A stretch of DNA of 64,000 nucleotides from Eledone cirrhosa. Its lineage: Eukaryota. Below are positions 15,326-29,716 of this stretch, piece by piece. The notes under the pieces were generated by a model that was not told the origin of the DNA, searched no databases, and worked only from the letters and a program-made list of their open reading frames with translations. Position numbers and translations under genes: made by a program. The DNA lies in the NCBI GenBank assembly GCA_964016885.1, contig OZ024741.1:291834001-291898000 (forward strand), read 5' to 3'. Within the stretch, counting starts at the first letter, position 1, and every line of letters starts with the position of its first letter.

Positions 15326-15679
15326 TATTTGCACATAATGCATATAATGGAACGTACTCTCCCAGTTGCATTAACTCTCCCTCTCCTCCACTGGCAACAT
15401 CTTTATGGTTGTTCGCCATCAATTCACCAAAATCTCAGTGGATTTCTAAAAATCAATCTTTATGTCCGTATTATAAAAGGGTGTATTCGTGGTATATCAA
15501 TAATGATATGAAGGTTTTGATTTTCATATTCTCCTAAGAGTTCGTTGCAATTTATTTGGAACAGTAAAGTTCTCAAATCTATTAGATAAATTTCTAGACT
15601 TATACGCCCTGATCAGGGTGAGGAGATGTTGAAGCGTATTGCTGTCTTTTTAGAGTAAGCAAAGTTAAGTTAATTGTAG

Positions 15680-15805
15680 TCGACGGTCTGAGTTCAAATC
15701 CCGTCCAGGTTAACTTTTCCTTTCATCATTACGGGGCCGATAAAATAAAGTACCACTAATGTACTGGGCAATTGCTTGCTTTGTGCCAAAAGTAGAAACT
15801 ATTAT
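15680..15805 (+). mobile_element. SINE family A, 5'-truncated
   Basis: B box, core and 3' end. Confidence 0.75.
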
Positions 15806-16839
15806 TTATATCTGGGCAGTGATGCTACTTCCTTACTAATAGCACAATTTCATAACTTGATAACATTTGTGGCTACCTTCTATTTGTCAATAAAAATATC
15901 ACACACCTCAGAACTAGCATATCCTGTCTTTGGAAAACCTCCGATAGATGTTGTTAAATGATCCCAACAGACAGAATTGCGGATGTGTTACTCCAGGGAA
16001 TAGAGAAGATGAGCTGAAAAGGCCAGTCCAAATCGTACAGATGGCCATCTCCATCCCGATCGCAGTAAGTAGAAATGAAGTTCGAGGATCCAGAAATTGA
16101 AATTGAATTTTTGACCGTTAGGTTTCTACGTCATCACCCAGTTGTTTATTTTTGTAAGTGATTGGTGTATGTATTTATTTCAACATTGTGCTTGTCTAAT
16201 CGTATTTCTTTCATCATCAGGACAAGAAATATGTTGGTGCATTAGGCATTTTTGCCCATCGCTGCCTTAGACAGCATTTAGCTGCTTTAACGACTCTTCT
16301 AGCGATGAGTTTTCTCATTTTTATATGCATTCAAATACACTCTCGCTTCGTCTTAAAAAGCTATGATTAGCTTTCTATTTAGGACAGACACCACAGATCG
16401 AAGTCCACTATCCAATTATTTTCTTTTCTTTCGTCCTATCTGTGTTGTTTGTTTTATCACACCCACATATTACCAACAGAAAGATTTATTTTTCTGATGC
16501 ACGATCCAGCATTTTAGAATGTTACTCTCAATTAAATAGTGCGAAACCATTTTGCTGGTTTGAGAGGTGACGAGGGTGATGATGTGTGTGTAAACTTGCC
16601 TAGTACATCACCTTTATTTCCTTCTTCCAGTCACTTTTATGGGCAAACACACTTCTACTTGTCCTTCCCTTCTTTCAATAATTTTTGTATTTTATCTGCC
16701 TGTCACCCACCCTGTGGATTGTCTCTCTTTTGACCATTGGTCACTGATCTCTGTTCTCTAAGGCATTTCTGCTTATCGCTGTCTTTGACAGCATCTAACT
16801 GTTTTAACGGGTGGTCTAGCGATGTTTTTCATATATATA

Positions 16840-17191
16840 TATGGTCTTCTAAATGTTTTTAATATATATATGGTCTTCTAAAAGATTTTAATTAAACATA
16901 CGGTATACGGTATATTGCCAACTATACTATACATACATTCATGTATACATCGCTATTTCAGAGCAGCAATACTAATACCTAATTTTTGCTGGACCGGCAA
17001 TCGCTCTGTATAATCAGCTCCTGATTATTACTGGAATTCTATAAGAATCCAGCTTCTATAATTTTCGGCGTGGCTCTGATGAACGCCAACCAGCGTGAAA
17101 CAGACTGTCAGCTTCCCTCCCTTCTTTCGCCGAAAAGAAATAAGTGACATAGTCACTACTTTAAAACTGATAGTGTATGGTCTTCTAAATA
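16840..17191 (+). mobile_element. ~307-bp HHR-bearing monomer with terminal redundancy
   Basis: TGGTCTTCTAAA at 16871 and 17178; a junction-spanning copy lies at ~23877-24025. Confidence 0.75.
17072..17113 (+). ncRNA. canonical minimal HHR
   Basis: GGCT-CTGATGA-ACGC-caacca-GCGT-GAAAC-AGACT-GTC-AGCT; predicted cleavage after C17109. Confidence 0.88.
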
Positions 17192-17276
<85 letters not shown>

Positions 17277-17299
17277 GTAGTATATATATATATATATAT

Positions 17300-18742
17300 A
17301 TATATAAAACGGAAGATGTCTGTCTGTGTGTGTGTATGATTTTTATGGATTTCCACATTTCTCTACCGATTTTGATGATTTTTTTCCAATGTCCTACAAA
17401 TTTACCAACAATGGTCAACGCGTAATAAAGTTTGCCAAATATGTCCTGCTTCTATGAAAAAAATCGATAAAACTAAATACATGCTGTAACCCACTCTCTT
17501 ACACGCCTATTCACTCTCTCTCTACTACACAACAACGACAAAATTTCGTTCAGGAACGCAATATAAACTTTGAAAACTAAGCAACACATCATTTTATACA
17601 ACAAACATAGTCATAACGCTCTCTCCGTCGCTCTTCCCTCTCTCTATAATAGATCATTTCCCCCTCTCTATAATTTAACTGCTATACTCTCTTCATGCTC
17701 TGAGGTTTAACACACCTCCCTATAGTTTCTTAGCTTTACTCACTCCGTCGCTCTTCCCTCTCTCTATAATAATTTATTCCCCCTCTCTATAATTTAACTG
17801 CTTTACTCTCTCTCTCTGTCGCTCTTCACTATCTATATGACAACACTATTTACACACCTCCCTATAGTTTCTTAGCTTTACTGTCTCCATCGCTCTTCCC
17901 TCTCTTTATAATATATTATTCCCATCTCTATAATTTAACTGCTGGGGAGTCATTGGAGTTCCGTATTGACACACGGCTTTTCTGGGGTATTTTACATCGG
18001 CTTATTGCAAATAACAACCCGCCAAATAACACTTCATATAACAGATTAATGCTATAGACATATGAATCGGAATGTTTAAATTATTTATTTTTTACGACTT
18101 CCATTGGATAAATTTTAATATGACAACACCCATAGTGTTGTACTTCTGGCAATTCTGCCGAATACACTGCCAAGGAGGAACCTTTTCCCCTCGGCGTCAG
18201 ATATCCCGTTCGATTTCCGGCGATCCCAATTCCCGGTGAGACCATGTTTTGCCATGTCCTTTAACAAGTCACAAGGGCAAACATTGTCGGTGGCGGGTAT
18301 CCATTTGGGGGAGCTATGCTACTCCCATGGCCAACTTTATGTTGCCTGTTCCCACGTAGGGAGCAGGAATGGACTTTTTGCTTACACTCCTCAAGGGATG
18401 ACACGCGATATCGTCTACAAAGAGGTGCTATAGATGTTGGTGCAGGTGTTGGAGGTGTTGGAGCTATGCCGTCTCGAAAACTATTTCCTGGTTGGGTCAG
18501 ATCTGACACCCAGCGGCATCAGGGCCACTATCTTGCAACTGTGGTCTACTAAATTCGCTATTGGAAGATTATTAACCCATCATTGATTTTCCAAAATGCT
18601 AATTGGTTCGTAACTTTTAATAATCAGTTCAACTGCTCTATGCACTTAATTGATAAGCTTATTCGCTTTCAAGCCACGTTTACCTGTATGTAACTTTTCA
18701 TAGCAAATGAACAAACCCGAGCAACGCCGGGCTAAACTGGTA

Positions 18743-18743
<1 letters not shown>
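17300..18743 (+). mobile_element. non-autonomous Helitron with helicase remnant
   Basis: 3' hairpin CCCG-AGCAACGC-CGGG then CTGGTAG; internal ~120-bp subrepeats 17610-17945; helicase fragment. Confidence 0.75.
18196..18433 (+). pseudogene. Helitron RepHel PIF1-like helicase C-terminus
   Basis: SDIPFDFRRSQFPVRPCFAMSFNKSQGQTL...SHGQLYVACSHV...TRDIVYKEVL*. Confidence 0.92.
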
Positions 18744-18806
<63 letters not shown>

Positions 18807-18991
18807 CTATATACATGTGTTTATATATAGATAGATATAGTGTAGGTGATTCATTAAACTACAGGACGTCATACCAAAACAAGCACTCTATGCTCAGACA
18901 GAGTGTATATAATAGAAAAAATGAGGAAGTTTTGTTTACATGTATTACGTTTTTATTGTGTATCGACACTATATTCTTTTGTCACATCGTC

Positions 18992-19076
18992 AGTCTGAAG
19001 AGCAGATCGATAATGGAGTCGGATCTCTAAATCTTATGGGTCACCTTGAACCGATCCTCTGCGAAACACGATTAAC
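18992..19076 (+). ncRNA. degenerate HHR-like motif
   Basis: CTGAAGA-GCAGA...TCTGC-GAAAC; stem III/I imperfect. Confidence 0.45.
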
Positions 19077-19279
19077 AGCTCGATACACAATACAAATCTA
19101 ATACTTTTAAAGGAAACTTACTCTTTTTTCTAATATATATATATATATACACACACACATGCATAGGTACACACAACCATATATGTATGTATGTGGTGCG
19201 TACGTATGTATATATGTATGTATATATGTGTATGCACATGCATACATATATAGTAGTGATGACAGTCACATACAATTTT

Positions 19280-19800
19280 CTTTGTACCAAGTCTCATCCA
19301 CCTGCCACCACAGCTGCTCTATTGTACAATTGGCTAACAAATTCAGTTTGAGCATCACTAAAGACGTTTAAGACATTTTCTATCGCATCATCCAATGCCG
19401 ATGCAATTTTATTATTGCTTATAATATAAAATCCTAAAACGTCTTTTATCTATTTTACATTCAGTTACATACCAGACAATAATAGAAACTTGGGTATGCA
19501 TTGCGCATTTAGTAGTGTCGTCGGCTTGCATTAATATAAACAGTACACTTCCTTCTTCAGTTCGAATTACACTAGTTATTGCTTTATCAATTGTAGATAT
19601 AATGTCATTTTGTGTTGCACTTGAAACTCCTGCAAAATCTTTTGATCCTTCTTTAGTTGAATGTCCTGAAACAATGATGCTATCTATTTTAGCAAAGCAA
19701 TGCAATAATTCACAATAATTACTTTTGTTGGGCCTATCTTTTCCTTCATCATGTCAATGTAACGGCAACTCTTGTTTGTAAAGATATAAGATACAGCGTT
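19280..19800 (-). pseudogene. hAT transposase remnant (ZMYM1/DUF4371-like)
   Basis: SSATQNDIISTI...ILMQADDTTKCAMHTQVSIIVWYV...KRRF matches the QNELI/ADETTD/QLS..RYV/ERF pattern. Confidence 0.8.
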
Positions 19801-20519
19801 TACCGTTTCAAATATTGTCTATTTTCTTCACCTAATTTGTTCTGCAGTTCTATTTCAAGCTTTGCAGATTCATTAATAGTCATTTATATGTCCCATATTA
19901 GCTATATGTAAATGACTCTTCTATTTAGAATAATGTTTGCAGCCACTCAGTTGTTAGTGTAGCATATATTTGGATGTGGACCGGCTGCTTTAAAAAGATC
20001 ACTTAATCTTGGAGGGGGGGGGGGGTATGAAGAGTCAAGTGTTTTTTCTCAATCGCATGGCTATGATGATATGGTTGTATGTTGGACGCATTTGATAGAG
20101 CAGAGGTCAGCACTCTACCTCTTCGATCAAACACTCATCAATTGATAGAGTAGACAACAACACGCTATCTTTTCGATCAAAAGCTCACCATTTGATCGAC
20201 CAGACGACAGGACTCTACCTCTCTCATCAAACATCACATTTCTCCTCAAGTAACAATTGAAGCAAAGACTGTTGCTGGAGGCAGATGCAGGAGGAGATGA
20301 TTGAAGCAACTTTAGTGCATGTGGTGTCATTTGCTACACATAACGTGGTTAGTGTTCGAATTCTATCTGGAAGTAATAATCAGTATATTACATACAAAGG
20401 ACAACAGTAAAATGTAAACTAAAGTTCTTTGATTTCTACCTATAGCTGTTCCAACCATTTTATAGCTGCCCTTTTGCTTTTACTTTTATGTGTTCATTTT
20501 TCATCTTATACCATATATA

Positions 20520-20812
20520 TTCCAACATGTATAACTCAAAAATATACCTAAACATGTATACCTCCAAAATGTTTAATCATACATGTGTGCCTCCAACATG
20601 TATAATCCCACATCTATATCCCAAGATGTATACCCTAACATGTATATCTCAACATGTATAACCCTAACATGTATATCCCAAGATGTATACCCTAATATGC
20701 ATATCTCAAGATGTATACCCTAACATGCATATCCCAACATGTATAAGTCTAACATGTGTACATCAAACATGTATACGCCCAACATGTATAACCCAACATG
20801 TATACGCCCAAT
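20520..20812. repeat. ~14-bp minisatellite (AACATGTATACCCC)
   Basis: About 20 units visible. Confidence 0.85.
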
Positions 20813-20939
20813 GTATTTTAAAATCGTTTTCGTATAAAATGTTCTGACCTCCCTACTGTGACTTACAAAGACCCCGTACTACTACCTCTTCTTCTTCTTC
20901 TTCTTCTTCTTCTTCTTCTTCTTCTTCTTCTTCTTCTTC

Positions 20940-22420
20940 GCAAGCATGCCTTTTGAAGTGTTCCCCCCCCCCCCAAAAAAAAGGGGACTGGACTAATGTT
21001 CTTTAACAATCATTGAACATTCTTCGAGATAGTACCTAGTGCTCCTATGACAATCGGGACGACCTTGATCTCATGATATTCCCAACTCCTTTTTAATTCA
21101 CACTTTGAGTCCTGGTATCGGTTAATTTTTTCCTTTTCCTTTTCTTGCACTCTTGTTTCAAAGGGGCTGGCTACATCTACAATCAGGCACGGTTTTATTC
21201 CTTGTCAAAAACCACCAGGTCAGGCCTATTGTGTTCTAATTTCTTGTCTGTCTGTATCTTGAAGTCCCGTAGCACCTTCACTTGATCTTTTTCTATCACC
21301 GACTCTGGTTTATGCTCATACCACTTCCCAGAATGTGGTAAATCATTGTTTGCATAAATGCCAGTGAATCATCTTTCATATTATATCATGCATTCAGCCT
21401 TTATAGGGAGTCTGGTCTAGGTGTATACGTTCGGATACGATGTGAGCCACAGTTTACTCTCTCTCTCCACAGATCCTACAGAGTGAGCTAGCTTCCTCCT
21501 TGTCAATATAGTGTTTTACCCAATTCGTTCTGAGGGCTTGCTCTTGTGCAGCCATTAGCATTCCTTCTGTAACTTTTTAAAGGTTACCTCTTTTTAACCA
21601 GCTTCATGTCTGTGGATCTCTAAATTCCATTTTCTTATAAAAAGGTGTTATGAAGGGATTTTTCATGAAGGTTGCTCTTCTTCCTTGTTATTATTTCCTC
21701 TTTGGACATCCCCTGGTCTATTGTATTCTCCTTCAGTACAATTGTGTGCATTGGCTCCCTACTGTCAGCCAGATATTTGTGCAGGCTGTTTTTCTCCATC
21801 CTCTATGCTGGTAAGACCTCTTCCACTTTCAGATCTCTTTAAGTAGAGTCTATCAACATCAATTCTTTTGTGGAACATGCTGTAGGTAGTCATTAGTTCC
21901 TAGTCTTTCTATCCGTTTCTTTTTGTTCAGTAACATTCCATTTCAGAATTCCAGCACTGTACCTAATAATGGACACAGCTTGGGAATTTACAGCACTTAT
22001 GACATTCCTACTATTTGGGTGTGCTTTTAGTATGTTTCTTACTCTCCTTATGTATTCAGATCTTAACAATTCCTTCAATTTATTGTTCTTGGTGTCATCT
22101 TCCTCCAGAGCACCCAAATATATGTATCTCTCTTCAATGTCGATTTCCTTTATCATCTCACATGTTAGTACCTGGATCCCGTTGCTTCTGTTCCATTTAC
22201 CCTTCTTCATCACTAGGACTCCACACATATTAGCACCAAATTTCACACATATATCATTGCTGAAAATATGGACAGTGTCAACAAGTAGATCCAACTCCTC
22301 ACTTTTCCCAAAGAGTTTTAGATCGTCCATGAAGAGGGGGTGGTTGATGGTAAACTCTCCTCTTCACAGCTTGTATCCTGCTTTCACTTTTCGCAATATG
22401 AGGGACAAGAATATGAGGGA
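20940..22420 (-). mobile_element. R4/Dong-clade non-LTR retrotransposon remnant (RT + Zn knuckle + restriction-like endonuclease)
   Basis: MDDLKLF, YLG, DRKTR, AAQEQALRTN, CRICGE, DFKIQTDKKLEHNRPDLVV, IVDVA, LQKACL; many disablements. Confidence 0.88.
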
Positions 22421-22450
22421 AAGGATAAACAATAATAATTATTATTATTA

Positions 22451-22650
22451 TGGATTGGCAGTATCGGTAGGGAGTCGGATGCCATGCTTTGCAGCACAGA
22501 GTTACATCCCTTTACGGTCTGAGTTCAAATCTCGCCAAGGTTAACTTAGCCTTTCATCCTTACGGGGTCGATAAAATAAAGTACCAGTAACGTACTGGGA
22601 TCGATTTAATCAAATTCCCCCTCCCCCCCCCCCAAATTACTGGCCTTATG
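22451..22650 (+). mobile_element. SINE family A
   Basis: A box, B box and core. Confidence 0.85.
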
Positions 22651-22715
22651 TTTACTTATGTTACTATAATTGTTGTTATCGCTATTGTAAGTGTTATTTT
22701 TGCTGTTGTTCTTGT

Positions 22716-22757
<42 letters not shown>

Positions 22758-23334
22758 ACTTTAAATTTCCAGTTTAGAAATTATTGTATAACCTAAAAAG
22801 AGGGAGGCTTTATTGTTTCTAAATTTATCATATTTAGTACCCATAATTTTCTTTTCTTTTCATTCTTTCGTCAAAGCACAATGTGATCAGAAATGTGAAA
22901 TCGATATTACGTCATCACAAGTATTTTTATAATTACATCTCACGTGAGAAGGCGGAGAAATAAATTGAAAACAATAAAAAAATGTTATTGTTACCTGGTT
23001 ATCGATTTGTATTATATAACTATTTGTATGATAAAACGGTGATGGCGGTGTGTGGATGTCAGAATCGGTGACGCACCAAAGGAAAATACTACCTGCTATC
23101 TTGATTATGTAACTTTAAGGTTTGAATTCAAATTTCACCTAGATTCACTTTCCATTTCCTCTTTACGAGATCAATAAAATAATTTGTATGCTTATTCCGT
23201 CGCTAGGTTTAACCCCAGCACTTGATCCTTGGGTGCCTTTAGTCCTCACCCTTACAAGAATTCAGACAGGCCTCCAGGCACACTGCTCACATCTTTAATT
23301 GAATCTAGTGCTAACAGTTCCAGCAGGGACATGT

Positions 23335-23455
23335 GAGGGCACGTGAGTTAGTAGTTAGAGAGTTGGATTCACAATCGTTAAGTTGTCATTTCGATTCGTG
23401 AGTCGGGGGATGGGTTATATCATTGAGCAAGACACTTTACTTCACGTTGCTACAA
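23335..23455 (+). mobile_element. SINE family B 5' part
   Basis: tRNA-like head + TTGAGCAAGACACTTTACTTCACGTTGCT. Confidence 0.7.
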
Positions 23456-23876
23456 TTACCTGGAATTGCGACGCGTAGATAGTAACAGTAATAGAAAAGA
23501 CAAATGAAAATATTGTTTCTTTGGTCCGATCTGACGAGTTCCACCTCGTTCGGTAAGTGAATGAGGTCTGGAATCTTTTCAAGTCGTTGAAAAAAAAAGG
23601 ACGAGAGTCGGTGATATAAAACGATCGAGTGAAGGTTTTGTGGAATTTCAGGATACAAGCTGTTAAAGAATTAGCACACAGTTAGGTGGGTTTTGACAAG
23701 GAAAACAGATCTTAATTGATTATAGAATTAGCTTGCCCCTTTCACACAAGAGTGCAAGAAAAGGAAAAGGAGAAGAACACAACACGCAACCCAGAAATCG
23801 AACACGCGATATTAGGATCGTAAGTCCAACACCCATAGCATTAGGATACGTGCCTCCACCTAGATAGAGTATATAT

Positions 23877-24025
23877 CTCCCTTCTTTTTGCCGAAAAGAA
23901 ATGACATAGTCACTACTTTAAAAGCGATGGAGTATGGTCTTCTAAATGTTTTTAATTAAACATACGGTATATTGTCAAATATACTATACATACATTCATG
24001 CATACATCGCTATTTCAGAGCACCA
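23877..24025 (+). mobile_element. circularly permuted fragment of the 307-bp HHR element
   Basis: Matches 17117-17191 joined directly to 16871-16968. Confidence 0.8.
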
Positions 24026-24107
24026 ATCGTAATTACATATATATATATATATATATATAAGTGTATATATATATATATATACACACACAGACACACACAT
24101 ATATCTA

Positions 24108-24260
<153 letters not shown>

Positions 24261-24668
24261 TCATTACATTGATAATATGAATAATATAATATATAATATA
24301 TAATAAACATAGTAACAACAATAACAATAATCATGGCAATATTCTAAAATACCAATTAACTAAATTGGAAAACAGAATTATTTCACTAAATAAATTAATA
24401 CGTAATTAAACGCTAATTAATTTATAATTAATAATTTCATTGCAAATAAATTATTATTACTATTATTGGGGTCGTTAAAATAAAGCTCCAGCCTTGCACT
24501 GGGGCAATTGCTGGCCTGGTGCCCAAAGTAGAAACAATTATTATTATCATTGCTAGCGTAGTGGAGTGGCAGTATCGGTAGAGCGTCAGACACCATACTT
24601 TGCGACATAGAGTTGTGGCCCTTTATGTTCTGAATTCAAATCCTGCCGGAGTTAGCTTTGCTTTAAAG

Positions 24669-25636
<968 letters not shown>

Positions 25637-25864
25637 GCAGAACAACCCTAATGAAATTATTCAGTTCCAGTAGCAACAGCACATGAGCAACAATGAGGAG
25701 AAATTCAAGCAAATCTCTCAATATATCAAGCACAAACTTCTCGATAAATTTATATATCGCGGTTTCGTTTGACAACTTAATTAATTAAATAATAAACATT
25801 TATGAAAAACACAGCGAATATTAGAAGATCTAAGATAGATATAATTACGTTGCTGACCTAGAGC

Positions 25865-26410
25865 TAAACAACAACAACAACGAAAGCAACAACAACGACA
25901 CGATTAACGTCAACAGTAGTAACATCATGACCACCACCACCACCACCACCACCACAAGCACTACAAGCACCAATAGTAGCAACAACAAAAACACCACCAC
26001 TACCATTACTACCACCATCACTAACTACAGCAATAACAGCAACAATAATTGTAACAACAAAAGAAATGTTACCATTAACCACACCACTACCACCACCATT
26101 CACAACAAAGATTGCGACGACGACGGCGACAACAACAACAACAACACTTTCAATAACACCACCGCCAACAATCACGACAACGGCAACAACAGCAAGCATA
26201 TTAACAAAAGCAATGCCAATACAAGCATCGTCACCTCAATCACCACCATCATCATTAACAACAACAACGCTACCTTTATCACTATCACACCCACCATCGG
26301 CAGCAACAGCAGCACCATCATCATCACCACTACTAGCACCGCCAGTACCAGCACCAGCACCAGCGCCACTACCACTACTACCACCACCACCAACAACAAG
26401 AACAGCAACA
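25865..26410. repeat. (ACC/AAC)n low-complexity trinucleotide tract
   Basis: Directly visible. Confidence 0.9.
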
Positions 26411-26582
26411 ATAATTGTTTCTACTTTAGGCACAAGGCCAGCAATTACCCAGTGCATTACTGGTACTTTATTTTATCGACCCCGTAAGGATGAAAGGCAA
26501 AGTCAACCTCGGCGGGATTTGAACTCAGATCGTAAAGGGACGTAACTATGCCGGAAAGCATGGTGTCTGACTCTCTACCGAT
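26411..26582 (-). mobile_element. SINE family A
   Basis: Reverse complement of core and B box. Confidence 0.85.
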
Positions 26583-27434
26583 AATAACTACCACGCTGAC
26601 GACAGCAACAGAACAAGCACGTCTAAAATGATAGCTGTAGATTTGACTCCTCATCCCTACACACACATTGAAGACCATAGCAGAAACTAACTAAAACAAA
26701 TAAATTGTATGGTCCCGTAATTCCTGATGGAGTCGTAAGGCACCATATAGACATACGCCGTTTCTAGAGCATTTTTTAAACCTGGCGAAGCGCATCCCTT
26801 CTCCAGGTCTGAATGCAGCAATTTTCGTCCAGAGAAAGATATAGAGTGAGAGAATGGGAGTGAGAAAGATACATAGAAGAAGAAACGACCACATTACTCG
26901 ACCTCGAAAGGATGAAAGGCAAAGTTGACCTCGGCGGGATTTGTACTGAGAGTACAGAGAGCTGAATGAATATCACAAAGCACTCTATCGGATGTTATAA
27001 CGACTCAGCGAATAAAACATGAAATATTTCTATCTAAAACCTATCTAGTGAATCAGATCTCGCACTCTTTTGCCAACCCAACGAGATCTATCGAAGTAAT
27101 TTGTTAACGAAAACACACAAATTTAATATGACATAATTGGGAAGTAAAACATAACGTTGATAGATTTTAGTCAATGGGCTTGTTTGATATTTATCGCAAA
27201 TTTATGTCTGGATAGATATCATATTTACTATAGTTAATGTTTGGTAAAGTTAATATTTGCTATGGGAAATGCTTGATATATTTAATGTTCGGTATAGTTA
27301 ATGTTTGATATAGTTAAAGTTAGCTAAAGTTAAAGTTTGATACAGTTAATGTTTAGTCTATTCAATGTATGGTATTATTAGTGTCAATCATAGCTGCAGA
27401 TCTAAACATAATGTATGTATGTATGCGTCTGTAT

Positions 27435-27478
<44 letters not shown>

Positions 27479-28207
27479 TCATATGTATATATATCCGGTT
27501 GACTTAAATTTTGGACAGTTTTGAAATTTGAAATGTCGACCGCTATAAAAAATAATTGAGAAAATCTGGAAAAATAGCCCTGGACAGAGGCTCCATCAAA
27601 GAATCGAAACCGGTATTTCTCTGATGCTCAGAGAAATGCGATAAGCGTACCCGGTCTACCGACATCCACGCTTGAAAGATTTAAAAACCTGTAAGTAGAA
27701 CTGAAAACATTCGGTTGGCTTAAGAAACATTTGGAAAATTTCAACCTTGAAATACAGTCGTTCCAATGCAAATGGCTAAAATCTTCTAAAAGGCGGCAAT
27801 TGATTGCTAGGAAATCTTTAGCACAGCCGCCTGGCTTCAAAAGATCCTGCGTTTGATTCCACGGTGACGCCTCATTCCAACTTTTTCCGTATCAGAGGTT
27901 CTTTGCCCTATTTTCTCAACTATTATTTAGCATGGTCGACTATTATAGCCCGGACGATTTGCATTCGAGCGATAGGATTTCAATTATATGTATGCTTATT
28001 ATATATATACGGTTTGCTAATTTGTGGAGGAACCCTCTCTCTCTCTCCCCCTTCTCTCTCTCTCTCCCACTTCTCTCTCTCTCTCTTTCATACATGCATA
28101 CACATACACCTACACATACGCTCACGCGCACCTATACATATTTATACATATATGTATATTATATAAATATATGTACATATGTATATTTCCGTTTCATAAA
28201 CTTCTTC

Positions 28208-28244
<37 letters not shown>

Positions 28245-29100
28245 ACATATATTTATATAATATACATATATGTATACATATATGTACATATACGTGTGTG
28301 GGCGTGTGTGTGTTTGTACTTATATATTCGTCTGTATGTATATACAAAAATACACACATATAAATATATATATCTAATCAGTCATATATATATATAGATA
28401 GATAGATGTGCTTAAGCACGGCAGCTAGTAAGCAATTATGTGAATCTAATTAGTTTATATTACGTTATACAATCTACACTATATGCTACAATGTTTTATG
28501 TTCACATAAATTACTCCTAGTCAGAAAACATTAATCTTTGTCATATGTATTACTGCATTCACCACTATACACACTTTTACACACATACTTGCATTCACAC
28601 CCGTGTGTGTGTATATATGTATGTGTATATATATATATATATATATATTGGAGGTCTGGAATAGAGGTGATGGAGTGGGTTGAGGTGGTGTGGGTGAACT
28701 GGAATTTAAACAGTTTGCACCTTTTTGTCTGTGTATGTATGTATGTGTGTAGGTAGGTATGTATATATGTAGGTGTGTATGTAGGTATGTATGTATATAT
28801 GTAGTTATGTGTATGTATGTATGTAGGTATGTATGTATATATGTAGGTAGGTATGTGTGTATATATGTAGGTATGTGTGAATGTATGTATATATGTAGGT
28901 ATGTATGTGTGTAGGTATGTATGTATGTATGTATGTATGTGTATGTAGATATGTATGTGTGTATGTATGTATATATGTAGGTATGTATGTATATATGTAG
29001 GTATGTATGTATATATGTAGGTATGTATGTGTGTATGTAGGTATGTAGGTATATATGTATATATGTAGGTATGTATGTAAATATGTAGGTATGTATGTAT

Positions 29101-29626
29101 GTGCAACCCCACCAAGGTTTCTTGGTGAGGAGGGTGACTTTGGACATCCTGCAGGACTAAAAACAAAACCTCTCAAAGGGCAAAGGAGCTCTTAAGAGTC
29201 AATGGCCAACCAAAATCACCGGGAGAGATGACCCCTTAGCCTTTGTCAAGGCAGAATTCTAGGAGAAGGAAAACTCTGATATAACACCTGCAACCCTGAT
29301 GGTATCCAATGATGTTGACGTGTTCTTCTTTTTGGTAAATATCATCTTGGTTAAGAGAGTGGGACTGGCTTTGTGCAGTGCCTTTGCTCACTATAAAAGA
29401 TTCACGGCACAGGCATTGATTTATATCTGGAGATCTCTCTGCACTTGTCATCACAGGGTATATGGGCCCAGCACTATGTGTCCGTAATTGTCACAAGTGT
29501 AGTGTTTGTACCAGAGTTTTCAAGTCGCTGGCTGAACTAAAAAGTCACACTCGTTCAGCGCATCGGTAGGGGTTCTCCTACATGGATATAAAGTAGTGGC
29601 CGTACTCGAAAACGAGTTGGCAGCCA

Positions 29627-29630
<4 letters not shown>
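29101..29630 (+). mobile_element. bipartite non-autonomous RTE-like element (5' UTR-like + ORF 3' end)
   Basis: CTAGGAGAAGGAAAACTCTGA block, then CSVCTRVFKSLAELKSHTRSAHR* and a CTCG-AAAA-CGAG 3' stem-loop; second copy at 62280-62683. Confidence 0.6.
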
Positions 29631-29667
<37 letters not shown>

Positions 29668-29716
29668 TGTATATCTATATGTATATATATAAGAAAATTT
29701 CGCTCTACATGGCTGA

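Noticed and set aside
25927-26487. Thr/Asn-rich 186-aa ORF
   Set aside because: Low-complexity tract running into a SINE.
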